The position numbers and the translations under genes were made by a program. The notes beneath the pieces were generated by a model. It was given only the letters and a program-made list of their open reading frames with translations. It made no database searches and was not told where the DNA came from. A stretch of DNA of 64,000 bases from an uncultured Thermoplasmata archaeon (GTDB lineage: Archaea > Thermoplasmatota > Thermoplasmata > Lutacidiplasmatales > UBA184): positions 1,239,791-1,303,790 of the forward strand of contig CAVTJV010000007.1 in the NCBI GenBank assembly GCA_963735185.1, written 5' to 3'. Positions 45,308 through 54,686 of the stretch are shown here, piece after piece (within the stretch, counting starts at the first letter, position 1; every line of letters begins with the position of its first letter).

Positions 45308-45853
45308 TCAGTCTTTCGGCAGGAGGCCGATGAGCTCGAGCACGTCTCCCTGGCTCCGGGCGATCTCCGCGCGGCCGGTCCGAGCGACCTCGACGAACTC
45401 GAGATGCCTCCACGTGGGGGCCCGGGGAGCCGAGGAGGAGCTCCACCGTCCGCGGTACACGAAATGGAAATCCCAGTGAGGGTCGCGGCCGGGGGAACCC
45501 GGCCGCACCGAGGGGTCGGAGAAGACCAGAGGACCCGTGAGGGGCACGGGTCCCGAGTCGAGCTGCTCCTTTAGGATCCGCCGGCAAGCTTCCGCCGGCG
45601 ACTCGAACAGAAGCAACTGGCTCGACGGCAACATCCAGCGGTCTCCGATCGCCGCGAGCAACGCCGGGGGAATGGCGCCGATCTCCCCCCACGGCGCGCC
45701 CGGGTCGACCCGGCCCATGAGAACGGCCCCGTCCCGGCCCGGCGGCTCGAGGACGAGAAAGACCGAGAAGCACATGCCGTTGTCCGGGACCTCGGAGGCA
45801 CCGGGGTATTCGGTGAGCGGTCCTCGACGAAACCGCGTAAACCGTCGCTCCAT
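45308..45853 (-). CDS. Hypothetical protein, possibly NUDIX-fold with degenerate Nudix box
   Basis: CFSVFLVLEPPGRDGAVLMGRV...WMLPSSQLLLFESPAEACRRILKEQLDSG loosely resembles Gx5Ex7REUxEExGU. The assignment is weak. Confidence 0.45.
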   Translation of the reverse strand: MERRFTRFRRGPLTEYPGASEVPDNGMCFSVFLVLEPPGRDGAVLMGRVDPGAPWGEIGAIPPALLAAIGDRWMLPSSQLLLFESPAEACRRILKEQLDSGPVPLTGPLVFSDPSVRPGSPGRDPHWDFHFVYRGRWSSSSAPRAPTWRHLEFVEVARTGRAEIARSQGDVLELIGLLPKD

Positions 45854-45881
45854 CGTCCTACCTCGACGTGAGGGGAAGGGA

Positions 45882-45955
45882 TGCCGCGGGCCGGGCTTGA
45901 ACCGGCGGCTTCAAGATCTTCAGTCTTGCACTCTCCCAAACTGAGTTACCGCGGC
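45882..45955 (-). tRNA. tRNA-Phe (anticodon GAA)
   Basis: The minus-strand sequence GCCGCGG-TA-ACTC-AGTTTGGGA-GAGT-G-CAAGA-CTGAAGA-TCTTG-AAGCC-GCCGG-TTCAAGC-CCGGC-CCGCGGC-A folds as a full cloverleaf. There is no encoded CCA. A CTTTATAC box lies about 29 nt upstream. Confidence 0.9.
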
Positions 45956-45980
45956 GCCGGTCGCCCCGACCGGCCGGGCC

Positions 45981-45988
45981 GTATAAAG
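45981..45988 (-). promoter_or_regulatory. TATA-like box (CTTTATAC on minus strand) for tRNA-Phe
   Basis: Its centre lies about 29 nt upstream of the tRNA 5' end at 45955. Confidence 0.45.
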
Positions 45989-46110
45989 AGTCGGTCGGAG
46001 GCGGGTCCCAACACGCCGCCGACCGGTCGGCGGTGCCCGTCGGCGTTTTTCCTCCCGGTCGAACGCGCGCGCTCACGTTCGAAGCGGTCGACCCCCGTCG
46101 CTGGCCCCTT

Positions 46111-46120
46111 GATTTTATCT
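46111..46120 (+). promoter_or_regulatory. TATA-like box (GATTTTATCT) upstream of topA
   Basis: It is the only AT-rich octamer in a GC-rich spacer. Its centre lies about 31 nt upstream of GTG 46147, which implies a leaderless or very short-leader mRNA. Confidence 0.4.
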
Positions 46121-46146
46121 ACGGTGCCCGGCCTGATAATCGGGCC

Positions 46147-48663
46147 GTGGTTCGCACTCTCGTCGTTGCCGAGAAGTTCAATACCGCCCTCCGGATCGCC
46201 GTCGTGCTCTCCGACGGGCGGATGAAGCGCGCCCGCCTGGAAGGGACGAACGTCTTCCGGTTCGACCGCCCGGACGGGCACTATGCCGTCGTCGGATTGC
46301 GGGGTCACATCGTCGAGCTCGACTACCCGAAGGAGTTCTCCGAGTGGACGCTCGCCGGTCTTCCGAAGCTCCTCGAGACCCGTCCGCTGAAGCGAGTGAC
46401 CGAGACGGGAATCGTCACGGCGCTGCAATCGATCGTCCGCGAGTTCGACCGCGTCATCATCGCGACCGACTTCGACCGGGAGGGGGAGCTGATCGGGCTC
46501 GAATGCCTCGAGCTCCTGCAGCGGGTCCACCCCGGGATCGAGGTGAAACGGGCCCGGTACAGCGCGCTCACGCGCGACGCGATCGAGACGAGCTTCGCGC
46601 ACCTCGAGGAGCTCGACCGAGCGCTGGCCGAGGCTGCCGAATCGCGCCAGGAGATCGACCTCGTGTGGGGCGCCCTCCTGACGCGCTATCTCTCCCTCAC
46701 GGCGCAGCAGCGAGGCAAGAGCTTCCTTTCGGTCGGGCGCGTGCAGACCCCCACACTCGCGCTCCTGGTCGAACGGGACCAGGCGATCAAGGAGTTCGTT
46801 CCCGCCCCGTTCTGGGAAATCGTCGCCACCGGGGAGAAGGGCGGGGAGGAGTTCCGCCTGCATCATCATCACGGTGTCTTCGAGAAGAAGGCCGACGCGG
46901 ACCGGGTCTTCCGCTTGGTCGCTCACGCCAAGAGCGGGGTCGTGCGGGAGTTCGCCGAGGAGGAGACCCGCCGCCGACCTCCGGTTCCCTTCTCCACCAC
47001 GCTTTTCGTGGCCGAGGCGACACGCCTCGGCCTCGGCGCCGCACGGGTGATGCGGATCGCGGAGGACCTCTACACGCAGGGCCTGATCAGCTATCCGCGG
47101 ACGGACAACACGGTCTACCCGCGGGGCCTCGGACTGAGGACCCTCGTCGAGAAGTTCCGCGAGGGTCCGTTCGCCGAAGCCGCCGGGTTCGTGCTCCACC
47201 AGCCGAGCTTCCGGCCGACCCGGGGCCGCACCGAGACGACCGACCACCCGCCGATCTATCCGACCGGCGTCGTCGACCCGAAGAAGCTGCGTCCCGACAA
47301 CGCGGCGGTCTACGAGCTCGTGGTCCGCCGATTCCTGGCGACGCTCGCTCCGGATGCCCTCGGCATCGCACGGACCGCCGCCGTCGAGGTCCACGGGGAG
47401 CGGTTCGAGGGCAAGGGTCAGTTCCTGACCGACCCGGGCTGGTACCGGATCTATCCATATTCGACGCCCGAAACGGTCCCGATGCCACGCTTGGTGGTGG
47501 GCGAGACGGTCGCGGTCCCGAAAGTCGAGCTCCTCGAGGACCAGACCCGCCCGCCCCGTCGCTACTCGCAGGGTTCCCTCATCCAGGAGATGGAACGCCT
47601 CGGGCTGGGGACGAAGAGCACGCGGCACGACGTCCTCCAGAAGCTGTTCGACCGCCACTACGTGAACCAGCGTCAGCTCGAGCCGACCTCGACGGGGATC
47701 GCGGTAACGGAGGCGCTGAAGGCCCACGCCCCGGTCATCACGCGGCCGGAGATGACCCACCGTCTCGAGGAGGACATGGAACTGGTCGCCGAGTCGAAGA
47801 AGCCGAAAGCGGAGGTCCTCGAAGAGTCCCGGGAGATGCTCCGTGAGGCGTATGCCCTCCTGTCGGCGAACACCGTCGGGGTGAAAGAGACCCTCACGGG
47901 AGCGCTCGACAGCCAACACTTCGTCGGCCCGTGCGCGAAGTGCGGTGGAGCCCTCCGGCTCGCGCGCAGTCCCCGCGGGGCGCGCTGGATCCAGTGCGTG
48001 AACAACCCCGCCTCCTGCACCGCCACCTACGCGCTCCCCTCGGCCGGCTTCGTCGAGCCGGCGCCCGAGTTCCTCTGCGGGACGTGCAAGGTCCCCCGTG
48101 TGAAGATCACGTTCCGCGGTGTCCGCCCGGACCTCTACTGCGTGAACCCGGAGTGCCCCGAGCATCACAAGGCATTTCGGATCGGGGTCTGCCCGACGTG
48201 CGGGAGCCCGCTCCAGATCCGATACTCGTTCGCGGGCAAGCGGTTCGTCGGGTGCTCGGGCTACCCGGCGTGTCGGGTCACGTACCCGCTTCCGCAGCGC
48301 GGCAAGCTCGAGAAGGACCAGCCTCCGTGCCCGGTGTGCCGGGCTCCGGTCGTGACCGCGATCGAGGCCGGTCGTCCGCCGTGGACGCTTTGCATCAACC
48401 CCGAGTGTCCGTCCCGGCTGCAGAAGGCCGAGGAGAAGGCAGCCCGGGCCACGGCCCGGACCGAAGAGAGGGCAGAGCGAGCATCCGTGGCGAAGGCCAA
48501 GAAAGCGGCGACCGCACGGAAGGCCCGGAAGGCGAAGGCTTCGGTCGAACCCGGCGCCCCGGCTCAGAGGCCAGCGCCCGCTCGAAGGCGCGCCCGCCGT
48601 TCCCCGTCCGCGACCCCCACCGCGGGCGGACCCTCGACCGACAAGGCTTCGTCCGCGCATTGA
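46147..48663 (+). CDS. topA: DNA topoisomerase, type IA (archaeal TopA/Topo III-like) with C-terminal zinc ribbons and Lys/Ala-rich tail
   Basis: Toprim elements are LVVAEKFNTA and IIATDFDREGELIG. The active-site Tyr context is LISYPRTDNTVY. There are at least three C4 zinc-ribbon repeats. GTG 46147 was chosen as the start because TTTTATCT lies about 30 nt upstream. The track ORF opens at 46033. Confidence 0.85.
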   Translation: MVRTLVVAEKFNTALRIAVVLSDGRMKRARLEGTNVFRFDRPDGHYAVVGLRGHIVELDYPKEFSEWTLAGLPKLLETRPLKRVTETGIVTALQSIVREFDRVIIATDFDREGELIGLECLELLQRVHPGIEVKRARYSALTRDAIETSFAHLEELDRALAEAAESRQEIDLVWGALLTRYLSLTAQQRGKSFLSVGRVQTPTLALLVERDQAIKEFVPAPFWEIVATGEKGGEEFRLHHHHGVFEKKADADRVFRLVAHAKSGVVREFAEEETRRRPPVPFSTTLFVAEATRLGLGAARVMRIAEDLYTQGLISYPRTDNTVYPRGLGLRTLVEKFREGPFAEAAGFVLHQPSFRPTRGRTETTDHPPIYPTGVVDPKKLRPDNAAVYELVVRRFLATLAPDALGIARTAAVEVHGERFEGKGQFLTDPGWYRIYPYSTPETVPMPRLVVGETVAVPKVELLEDQTRPPRRYSQGSLIQEMERLGLGTKSTRHDVLQKLFDRHYVNQRQLEPTSTGIAVTEALKAHAPVITRPEMTHRLEEDMELVAESKKPKAEVLEESREMLREAYALLSANTVGVKETLTGALDSQHFVGPCAKCGGALRLARSPRGARWIQCVNNPASCTATYALPSAGFVEPAPEFLCGTCKVPRVKITFRGVRPDLYCVNPECPEHHKAFRIGVCPTCGSPLQIRYSFAGKRFVGCSGYPACRVTYPLPQRGKLEKDQPPCPVCRAPVVTAIEAGRPPWTLCINPECPSRLQKAEEKAARATARTEERAERASVAKAKKAATARKARKAKASVEPGAPAQRPAPARRRARRSPSATPTAGGPSTDKASSAH

Positions 48664-48763
48664 CCCGGTCGACGGGTCGAATCCAAACGGTAGACCCGCA
48701 TCGCCTAAGAGCCTCCCTACCCTGGACCGGAGGGTCGACCGTTTCCCCACCTCTCGGCCCGCG

Positions 48764-48770
48764 TTAAATA
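48764..48770 (+). promoter_or_regulatory. TATA-like box (TTAAATA) upstream of the creatininase-family gene
   Basis: It lies 26 nt from its centre to GTG 48793, in an otherwise GC-rich spacer. Confidence 0.4.
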
Positions 48771-48792
48771 CGCTCGTCCCGTCCTTCGGGAC

Positions 48793-49515
48793 GTGTCCAC
48801 TTCCCGCCGCCTTCTCGATATCGACTACCGTTCGTTCGAGCGCCGTCTCGCCTCCAACCCGCTCGTCATCGTCCCCGTGGGAGCGCTCGAAGCGCACGGC
48901 CCCCACCTGCCCCTGGGCGCCGACCAGATCCAGCCGGAGGCGACGGCCGCAGCCCTCGCCGAGCGCGTCGATGGGCTGGTGGCCCCGACCATCCCGTACG
49001 GGTCGGCGCCGGGGGCCCGTCGGTTCCCCGGCACCGTCTCGCTTTCCATCGCTCCACTCGAGAACTATGTCGAGGGCGTGCTCTCGGAGCTCGCCCGCTC
49101 GGGGGTCCGACGGATCCTCGTGCTGTCGGGGCACGGCGAGCGCGGGCACATGGCCGCGCTCCGGGAAGCCGCTGACCACACGGTACAGACACACCCTGGG
49201 ACCCGCGTGGTGGTGCTCTGCGACTACGATTTCGTCTATGAGCTTCGGGGGAAAGAGTCCCCGCCCAACGACGGTCATGCAGGCCTCCTCGAGACGTCCC
49301 GCATGATCGCGCTCGCTCCCGAGACCGTCGGCCCGGCCCGGCCGGTCGTCGAGTACCACCATAGTCCGTTCGTCCCCGGGAGCCCGACCGAAGAGGACTG
49401 GCCGGACAGCGTGATCGGGGACACCCGGAACGCCTCCGCGGAGATCGGAGCCCGCGTGCAGGCCTACGTCCTCGACCGCCTGGTCGAGACGGTCCGAACG
49501 CTGCTGCCGTCGTAG
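48793..49515 (+). CDS. Creatininase-family amidohydrolase (ArfB/creatinine amidohydrolase-like)
   Basis: LVIVPVGALEAHGPHLPLGADQ and LSGHGERGH are family metal-binding motifs. The start is GTG, with a TTAAATA box 26 nt upstream. Confidence 0.75.
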   Translation: MSTSRRLLDIDYRSFERRLASNPLVIVPVGALEAHGPHLPLGADQIQPEATAAALAERVDGLVAPTIPYGSAPGARRFPGTVSLSIAPLENYVEGVLSELARSGVRRILVLSGHGERGHMAALREAADHTVQTHPGTRVVVLCDYDFVYELRGKESPPNDGHAGLLETSRMIALAPETVGPARPVVEYHHSPFVPGSPTEEDWPDSVIGDTRNASAEIGARVQAYVLDRLVETVRTLLPS

Positions 49516-49524
49516 GCCCGGACC

Positions 49525-52368
49525 ATGGCCGACCCATCCGACACGATCCGGGTCCGCGGCGCGCGCCAGCACAACCTGAAGAACATCTCGATCGACCTCC
49601 CGCGCGGGAAGTTCATCGTCATCACGGGGGTGAGCGGTTCGGGAAAGTCGTCGCTCGCCTTCGACACGCTCTACGCCGAGGGTCAGCGGAGGTACATCGA
49701 GAGCCTTTCCTCCTACGCCCGCCAATTCCTCGGACAGATGGACAAGCCGGACGTCGACTCGATCGACGGTCTCGCCCCCGCGATCGCCATCGAGCAGCGG
49801 TCCGGCAGCAAGAACCCGCGCTCCACCGTCGGCACCGTCACCGAGATCCACGATTACCTCCGCTTGCTGTACGCCCGAATCGGGGTGCCGCACTGTCCGA
49901 ACGACGGGCAGGAGATCACGCCGCAGTCGGTCGACCGGATCGTCGACGCGGTCAAGGCCCGGGCGAACGGGGAGAAGGTCGACCTGCTGGCCCCCGTCCT
50001 CCAGGCGAAGAAGGGCGAGCACCGCGACGTGATCGACAAGCTGCGGAAGACCGGCTATCGACGGTTCGTCATCGACGGGGTCGAGGTCCGGAGCCCGGGC
50101 TCCGAGGTCCGGCTCGAGAAGAACAAGAAGCACACGATCGAGGTCGTCGTGGACAGCTTCGTGGTCTCCCCCGCTGAGGAGAGCCGGCTCGCCGAGTCGG
50201 TCGAGCTGGCCCGCAGCCTCGGCGACGGGTTGGTGATCCTCCGGCGTCCCGGTGGGGACCGGCAGGTCTTCTCGAGCCGGCGGGCGTGTCCCATCTGCGG
50301 CTTCTCGATGGACGAGCTCGCGCCGCGGATCTTCTCGTTCAACAATCCGTTCGGGGCGTGCCCGGAGTGCCTCGGGATCGGAGCCACGCTCCACGCCGAC
50401 CCGGACCGGATCGTCCCGAACAAGGAGAAGCCGCTGACGAAGGCGATCAACGTCTGGGGCCTCACCCCGGTCACGTCGTCCCTCGTCCGGTTCGGCCAGC
50501 TCTACGGCTACGACCCACGTCGACCGATCCGGGAGCTTTCCGAAAAGGGGTGGAAGGCGCTCATGTACGGGGCCGACAAGAGCCTCGGCCAGTCCACCCA
50601 CCGCCCCGAGGAGTGGTGGGTCAACGGGTGGCTGCGCGAGGGTCTCGTCGCCGCGCTCGAGCGCCGGTGGCGAACGACGAAGAGCGAGGGCGCCAAGGAG
50701 TACTACCTCGGCTTCCTCTCGTTCATCCCTTGCCGAGCGTGTGGGGGGCGTCGCCTGAAGCCCGAAAGCCTCGCCGTCACGGTGCAGGGGCAGTCGATCG
50801 CGGACGTCACCGCGATGACGGTCTCCGAATCGGTCGAGATGTTCCGCTCGCTCGCGCTCTCCGAGCGCGACGAGCAGATCGTCGGTCAGGTGGTGAAGGA
50901 GATCCGGGCCCGGCTCGGCTTCCTCGAGAACGTCGGCCTCACGTACCTCACCCTCGACCGCGCGTCGGGCACGCTCTCGGGGGGCGAGGCCGAGCGGATC
51001 GCGCTCGCGACCCAGATCGGCTCCGGCCTCGTCGGGGTCCTCTACATCCTGGACGAGCCCTCGATCGGTCTCCATCCGCGGGACCAAGCCCGCCTGCTCT
51101 CCACGCTGAAGACGCTGCGCGACCTGGGCAACACGTTGCTCGTCGTGGAGCACGACGAGATGACGATGCGGGAGTCCGACTGGCTCGTCGACCTCGGGCC
51201 GGGGGCCGGCGCGCTCGGAGGGGAGCTCCTCTACTCGGGGCCTCCCGGCCAGATCGGTGGGACCCCACGCTCGCTCACGGCGGCGTTCCTTTCCGGGACC
51301 CGTTCAATCCCTACGCCCGAGCATCGGCTCGCACCGGGCCGCCGTTTCCTGACGATCCACGGCCCTCGGGAACACAACCTGAAGGGCAACGACGTCGCGA
51401 TCCCCCTCGGCCTCCTGGTCGGTCTCTCCGGGGTTTCGGGGAGCGGCAAGTCGACGATCCTCCAGGAGATCCTCTACCGAGCGGTGCGACGGCACCTCGG
51501 GCTCGGTCGCGAGACGCCGGGCCGCCACGATTTCATCGAGGGGATCGACGAGGTCGACCGGGTCCTCCTCATCGACCAGGCGCCCATCGGACGGACCCCC
51601 CGGTCGAACCCGGCCACCTACACCGGCGTGATGACCCCGATCCGGGAACTGTTCGCGGGCCTCCCCGACGCGAAGGCGCGAGGGTTCGCACCCGGCCGGT
51701 TCAGCTTCAACGTGGCGGGAGGGCGGTGCGAGACGTGCGAGGGCGACGGGGTCCTCCGCTACGAGATGCACTTCCTGCCCGACGTTTACGTTGTCTGCGA
51801 GGAATGCGGAGGGAAGCGGTTCAACGCCGAGACCCTCGAGGTGAAGTTCAAGGAGAAGACGATCGCCGACGTCCTCGACATGTCGGTGGACGAAGCGCTC
51901 ACGTTCTTCGCGCACCACCGAAGGATCGCGACGCGCCTCCAGCTCCTGGTCGACGTCGGGCTGGGCTACATCCGGCTCGGCCAGAGCGCGACCACGCTTT
52001 CGGGTGGGGAGGCCCAGCGGATCAAGATCGCCTATGAGCTCGCGAAGCCCCCGACCGGGAAGACCCTCTACCTTCTCGACGAGCCGACGACCGGCCTCCA
52101 CTTCGCGGACGTCGACCGTCTCCTCCAGGTGCTGTTCCGGCTTCGTTCGGGAGGGAACACGGTGGTCGTCATCGAGCATAACGTGGACGTGCTCAAGTCG
52201 GCCGACTGGCTGGTCGACCTCGGGCCAGAAGGCGGGAACGCCGGCGGGCACGTGGTCGCCCAGGGACCCCCCGAAGAGGTCGCGCGGGTCCCCGCCTCCC
52301 ACACGGGCCGTTTCCTCCTCCCGCACCTTCCCCCGCCCATGCCGACGTTGCGCCGCGCGCGCCTATGA
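49525..52368 (+). CDS. uvrA: Excinuclease ABC subunit A
   Basis: IRVRGARQHNLKNISIDLPRGKFIVITGVSGSGKSSLAFDTLYAEGQRRYIESLS, two ABC modules and the zinc modules CPICGF...CPEC and CETCEGDG...CEECGG are present. Confidence 0.95.
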   Translation: MADPSDTIRVRGARQHNLKNISIDLPRGKFIVITGVSGSGKSSLAFDTLYAEGQRRYIESLSSYARQFLGQMDKPDVDSIDGLAPAIAIEQRSGSKNPRSTVGTVTEIHDYLRLLYARIGVPHCPNDGQEITPQSVDRIVDAVKARANGEKVDLLAPVLQAKKGEHRDVIDKLRKTGYRRFVIDGVEVRSPGSEVRLEKNKKHTIEVVVDSFVVSPAEESRLAESVELARSLGDGLVILRRPGGDRQVFSSRRACPICGFSMDELAPRIFSFNNPFGACPECLGIGATLHADPDRIVPNKEKPLTKAINVWGLTPVTSSLVRFGQLYGYDPRRPIRELSEKGWKALMYGADKSLGQSTHRPEEWWVNGWLREGLVAALERRWRTTKSEGAKEYYLGFLSFIPCRACGGRRLKPESLAVTVQGQSIADVTAMTVSESVEMFRSLALSERDEQIVGQVVKEIRARLGFLENVGLTYLTLDRASGTLSGGEAERIALATQIGSGLVGVLYILDEPSIGLHPRDQARLLSTLKTLRDLGNTLLVVEHDEMTMRESDWLVDLGPGAGALGGELLYSGPPGQIGGTPRSLTAAFLSGTRSIPTPEHRLAPGRRFLTIHGPREHNLKGNDVAIPLGLLVGLSGVSGSGKSTILQEILYRAVRRHLGLGRETPGRHDFIEGIDEVDRVLLIDQAPIGRTPRSNPATYTGVMTPIRELFAGLPDAKARGFAPGRFSFNVAGGRCETCEGDGVLRYEMHFLPDVYVVCEECGGKRFNAETLEVKFKEKTIADVLDMSVDEALTFFAHHRRIATRLQLLVDVGLGYIRLGQSATTLSGGEAQRIKIAYELAKPPTGKTLYLLDEPTTGLHFADVDRLLQVLFRLRSGGNTVVVIEHNVDVLKSADWLVDLGPEGGNAGGHVVAQGPPEEVARVPASHTGRFLLPHLPPPMPTLRRARL

Positions 52369-54095
52369 CCGAGGAGAACCATCGGACCGAGCTCCCGTCG
52401 TTCGTCCCGGCGAGCCAGCTCGCGGCAGAGAGCCGCGAGGGGTTCCGACGCGGCCCGGACGTGCCGGGAGTCTACCTCTTCCGCTCCTCCCGCGGCGAGG
52501 TCGTCTACGTCGGGAAGGCCCGCAGCCTGCGGCGTCGGGTCCTCGACCACCTGCGGGCGCGCATCGAGAAGGACGGCACGATCCTCGCCCAGAGCACGAG
52601 CGTCGAGTTCGCTCCCACGGCGACCGAGCGGGAGGCGTTGCTCCTCGAAGCGAACCTCGTCAAACAGTACCAGCCACCCTACAACGTCCTTCTGAAGGAC
52701 GACCGGAGCTACCCGTACCTGGCCGTCACGGTCGGGGAGGAGGTCCCCCGCATCATCCTCGTCCGGCGACCCCGGCGCCGCCCCGGCCTTCTCCTCTTCG
52801 GGCCGTACACGAGCGCCCGTGAGGCCCGTGGGGTCGAGAAGCTCCTCGGCGACCTGTTCCAGCTCCGCCGCTGCGTGCGGCTCCCGAAGCAGGCGTGCCT
52901 CTACTATCACCTCAAGGTCTGCAGCGCTCCCTGCATCGGCGCCATCAGCCCGGACGCGTACCGCGCGCAGGTCGACCGGGCCACCGAGGTGCTCCGGGGC
53001 CAGGTCGCGCTCGTGCGTCCCCTGGTCGAGACGGAGATGCGTCGCGCCTCCGAACGCGAGGAGTTCGAGCGCGCCGCGATGCTGAGGGACGCCCTCGCCG
53101 GCCTCGGGGCGCTCTCCGAGCGCCAGTCGGTCATCGGCCCCGGGACCGGCCGGGCGGACGTGCTCGCCCTCGCCTACCCCCAGGACCCGTCGACGCTGCG
53201 CGTGGCAGTGGGGCTCCTCCGCGTGGAGGACGGCGAGGTCCGGCAGACCGAACCGCACCTCCTCGAGATCCCCGCTAACGACGTCCCGGAGCCGGGGGAG
53301 CTCCTGCGGCAGTTCCTGACCCAGTACTATGGGGCTCAGTTCGAGCTCCCCGACCGAATCTACGTCGCGGCTCCCCGACCGGCCGGGATCGACACGACGC
53401 TCGACGAGCTGTTCGGTCCCCGGGGCGTCGAGGTCCACTTCCGCCCCACGGGTCGGTACGCCTCGCTCGGCCGCCTCGCCGAGCGTCTCGCCCGGGCCAC
53501 GGTCGACCAGGTCGTCGCGCGTCCCGCCCCGAGGGAGGTGCTCCTCGCCGTTCAGAGCCTCCTCGAGCTGCCGACGATCCCGAACCGGATCGAGGGCGTG
53601 GACATCTCCCTCTTCCAAGGTTCGGAGGCCGTCGGTTCGCTCGTTGTCTTCGAGCGGGGCCTCGCCAAGCGCTCGGAGTATCGTCGGTACCGGATCCGCA
53701 CGGTCGAAGGGACGAACGACTTCGCCATGGTCGCCGAGGTCGTCTCCCGTCGATACTCCCGCCGGCTCGCCGAGAACGAGATCCTCCCGGACCTATTGCT
53801 CATCGACGGCGGGGCGGGGCAGCTATCGGCCGCTCTGGGCGCACTCGCGGAGCTCGGGCTCTCCGACCGGATCCCCACGATCGGCCTCGCGAAGCGGGAA
53901 GAGGAGGTGTATCGGCCCGACCGGACGACGCCGATGCGGCCGAACCCGAACGCGGCGCCGATGTTGCTCCTGCGGGCAGTGCGTGACGAAGCGCACCGGT
54001 TCGCGGTCACCTACCACCGTACCCGGCGCCGGATGCGCCTGCGCGGGGAGTTCGAGGCCGCGTCCTCGAAGCGGTCCTCGCCGTCGGGGTCCTAG
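52365..54095 (+). CDS. uvrC: Excinuclease ABC subunit C
   Basis: The GIY-YIG motif is GVYLFRSSRGEVVYVGKARSLRRRV. A UVR domain (EFERAAMLRDAL) and a C-terminal endonuclease domain (LLLIDGGAGQL) are present. The start overlaps the uvrA stop by 4 nt. Confidence 0.9.
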   Translation: MTEENHRTELPSFVPASQLAAESREGFRRGPDVPGVYLFRSSRGEVVYVGKARSLRRRVLDHLRARIEKDGTILAQSTSVEFAPTATEREALLLEANLVKQYQPPYNVLLKDDRSYPYLAVTVGEEVPRIILVRRPRRRPGLLLFGPYTSAREARGVEKLLGDLFQLRRCVRLPKQACLYYHLKVCSAPCIGAISPDAYRAQVDRATEVLRGQVALVRPLVETEMRRASEREEFERAAMLRDALAGLGALSERQSVIGPGTGRADVLALAYPQDPSTLRVAVGLLRVEDGEVRQTEPHLLEIPANDVPEPGELLRQFLTQYYGAQFELPDRIYVAAPRPAGIDTTLDELFGPRGVEVHFRPTGRYASLGRLAERLARATVDQVVARPAPREVLLAVQSLLELPTIPNRIEGVDISLFQGSEAVGSLVVFERGLAKRSEYRRYRIRTVEGTNDFAMVAEVVSRRYSRRLAENEILPDLLLIDGGAGQLSAALGALAELGLSDRIPTIGLAKREEEVYRPDRTTPMRPNPNAAPMLLLRAVRDEAHRFAVTYHRTRRRMRLRGEFEAASSKRSSPSGS

Positions 54096-54655
54096 GAGCG
54101 TCGAGGGGCGCGCGTTGGGGTCCGCCGGACGTCGATCCACGTCATCGAGGGAGACGCGAGGTCGTCCTGCCAGAGGGCGCCGATCACCTCTCCGAGGTGA
54201 TGCGCCTGCTCGACCGTCGCCTGGAGGAGCGCGTCGGCGACCGTGTACCGGCCGGGCATCCACGGCGCCTTCACGGTCCTTCGGAGGTCCCGGGCGGTGA
54301 GCGACCGCACCACCGTCTCGGTCTCGTTCCACACGCGGTCCGAGTACGTGCGGAACCCCTGCCACGTCGTCGGGCGCCGGTCCGCCTCCCGGAACCGCGT
54401 GGAAAGCTCCTTCGCACGTCCCGGGACGATGTAGGCGAGCCACGCCTCCTGAACGTGCAGGATGTGGACGAGCGTGTCGAAGAGCGTGTGGTGGCCGGTC
54501 TGGCGCTCGGCGGTCACCGTCTTCCACGGGAGCCGGGACAGGCGGCGCGCGAACCGGTCGAAGACGGCCCGGTTGTACTCGAAGATCGCCCGGGCGTCCC
54601 GGGGGGATAGGGTGAGCGATACCGTCCCGGCGGTCGGTTTCGTGGTCGGCGTCAT
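54092..54655 (-). CDS. DinB/YfiT-like four-helix-bundle protein
   Basis: HTLFDTLVHILHVQEAWL...LLQATVEQAHHLGEV resembles the His-rich DinB_2 family pattern. The internal ATG (MTPTTKP) was chosen to avoid overlap with psmA. The ORF is open to 54718. Confidence 0.6.
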   Translation of the reverse strand: MTPTTKPTAGTVSLTLSPRDARAIFEYNRAVFDRFARRLSRLPWKTVTAERQTGHHTLFDTLVHILHVQEAWLAYIVPGRAKELSTRFREADRRPTTWQGFRTYSDRVWNETETVVRSLTARDLRRTVKAPWMPGRYTVADALLQATVEQAHHLGEVIGALWQDDLASPSMTWIDVRRTPTRAPRRS

Positions 54656-54686
54656 CGACCCCTCGGGAGATCCGTAACGCTCGACT

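Noticed and set aside
45946-51153. 1735-aa ORF on the minus strand, the longest in the track
   Set aside because: It runs antisense to three strongly recognisable plus-strand genes (topA, the creatininase-family gene and uvrA). Its translation is R/G/P/D/E-rich low complexity with no motifs. It is a typical stop-free shadow frame in very GC-rich DNA.
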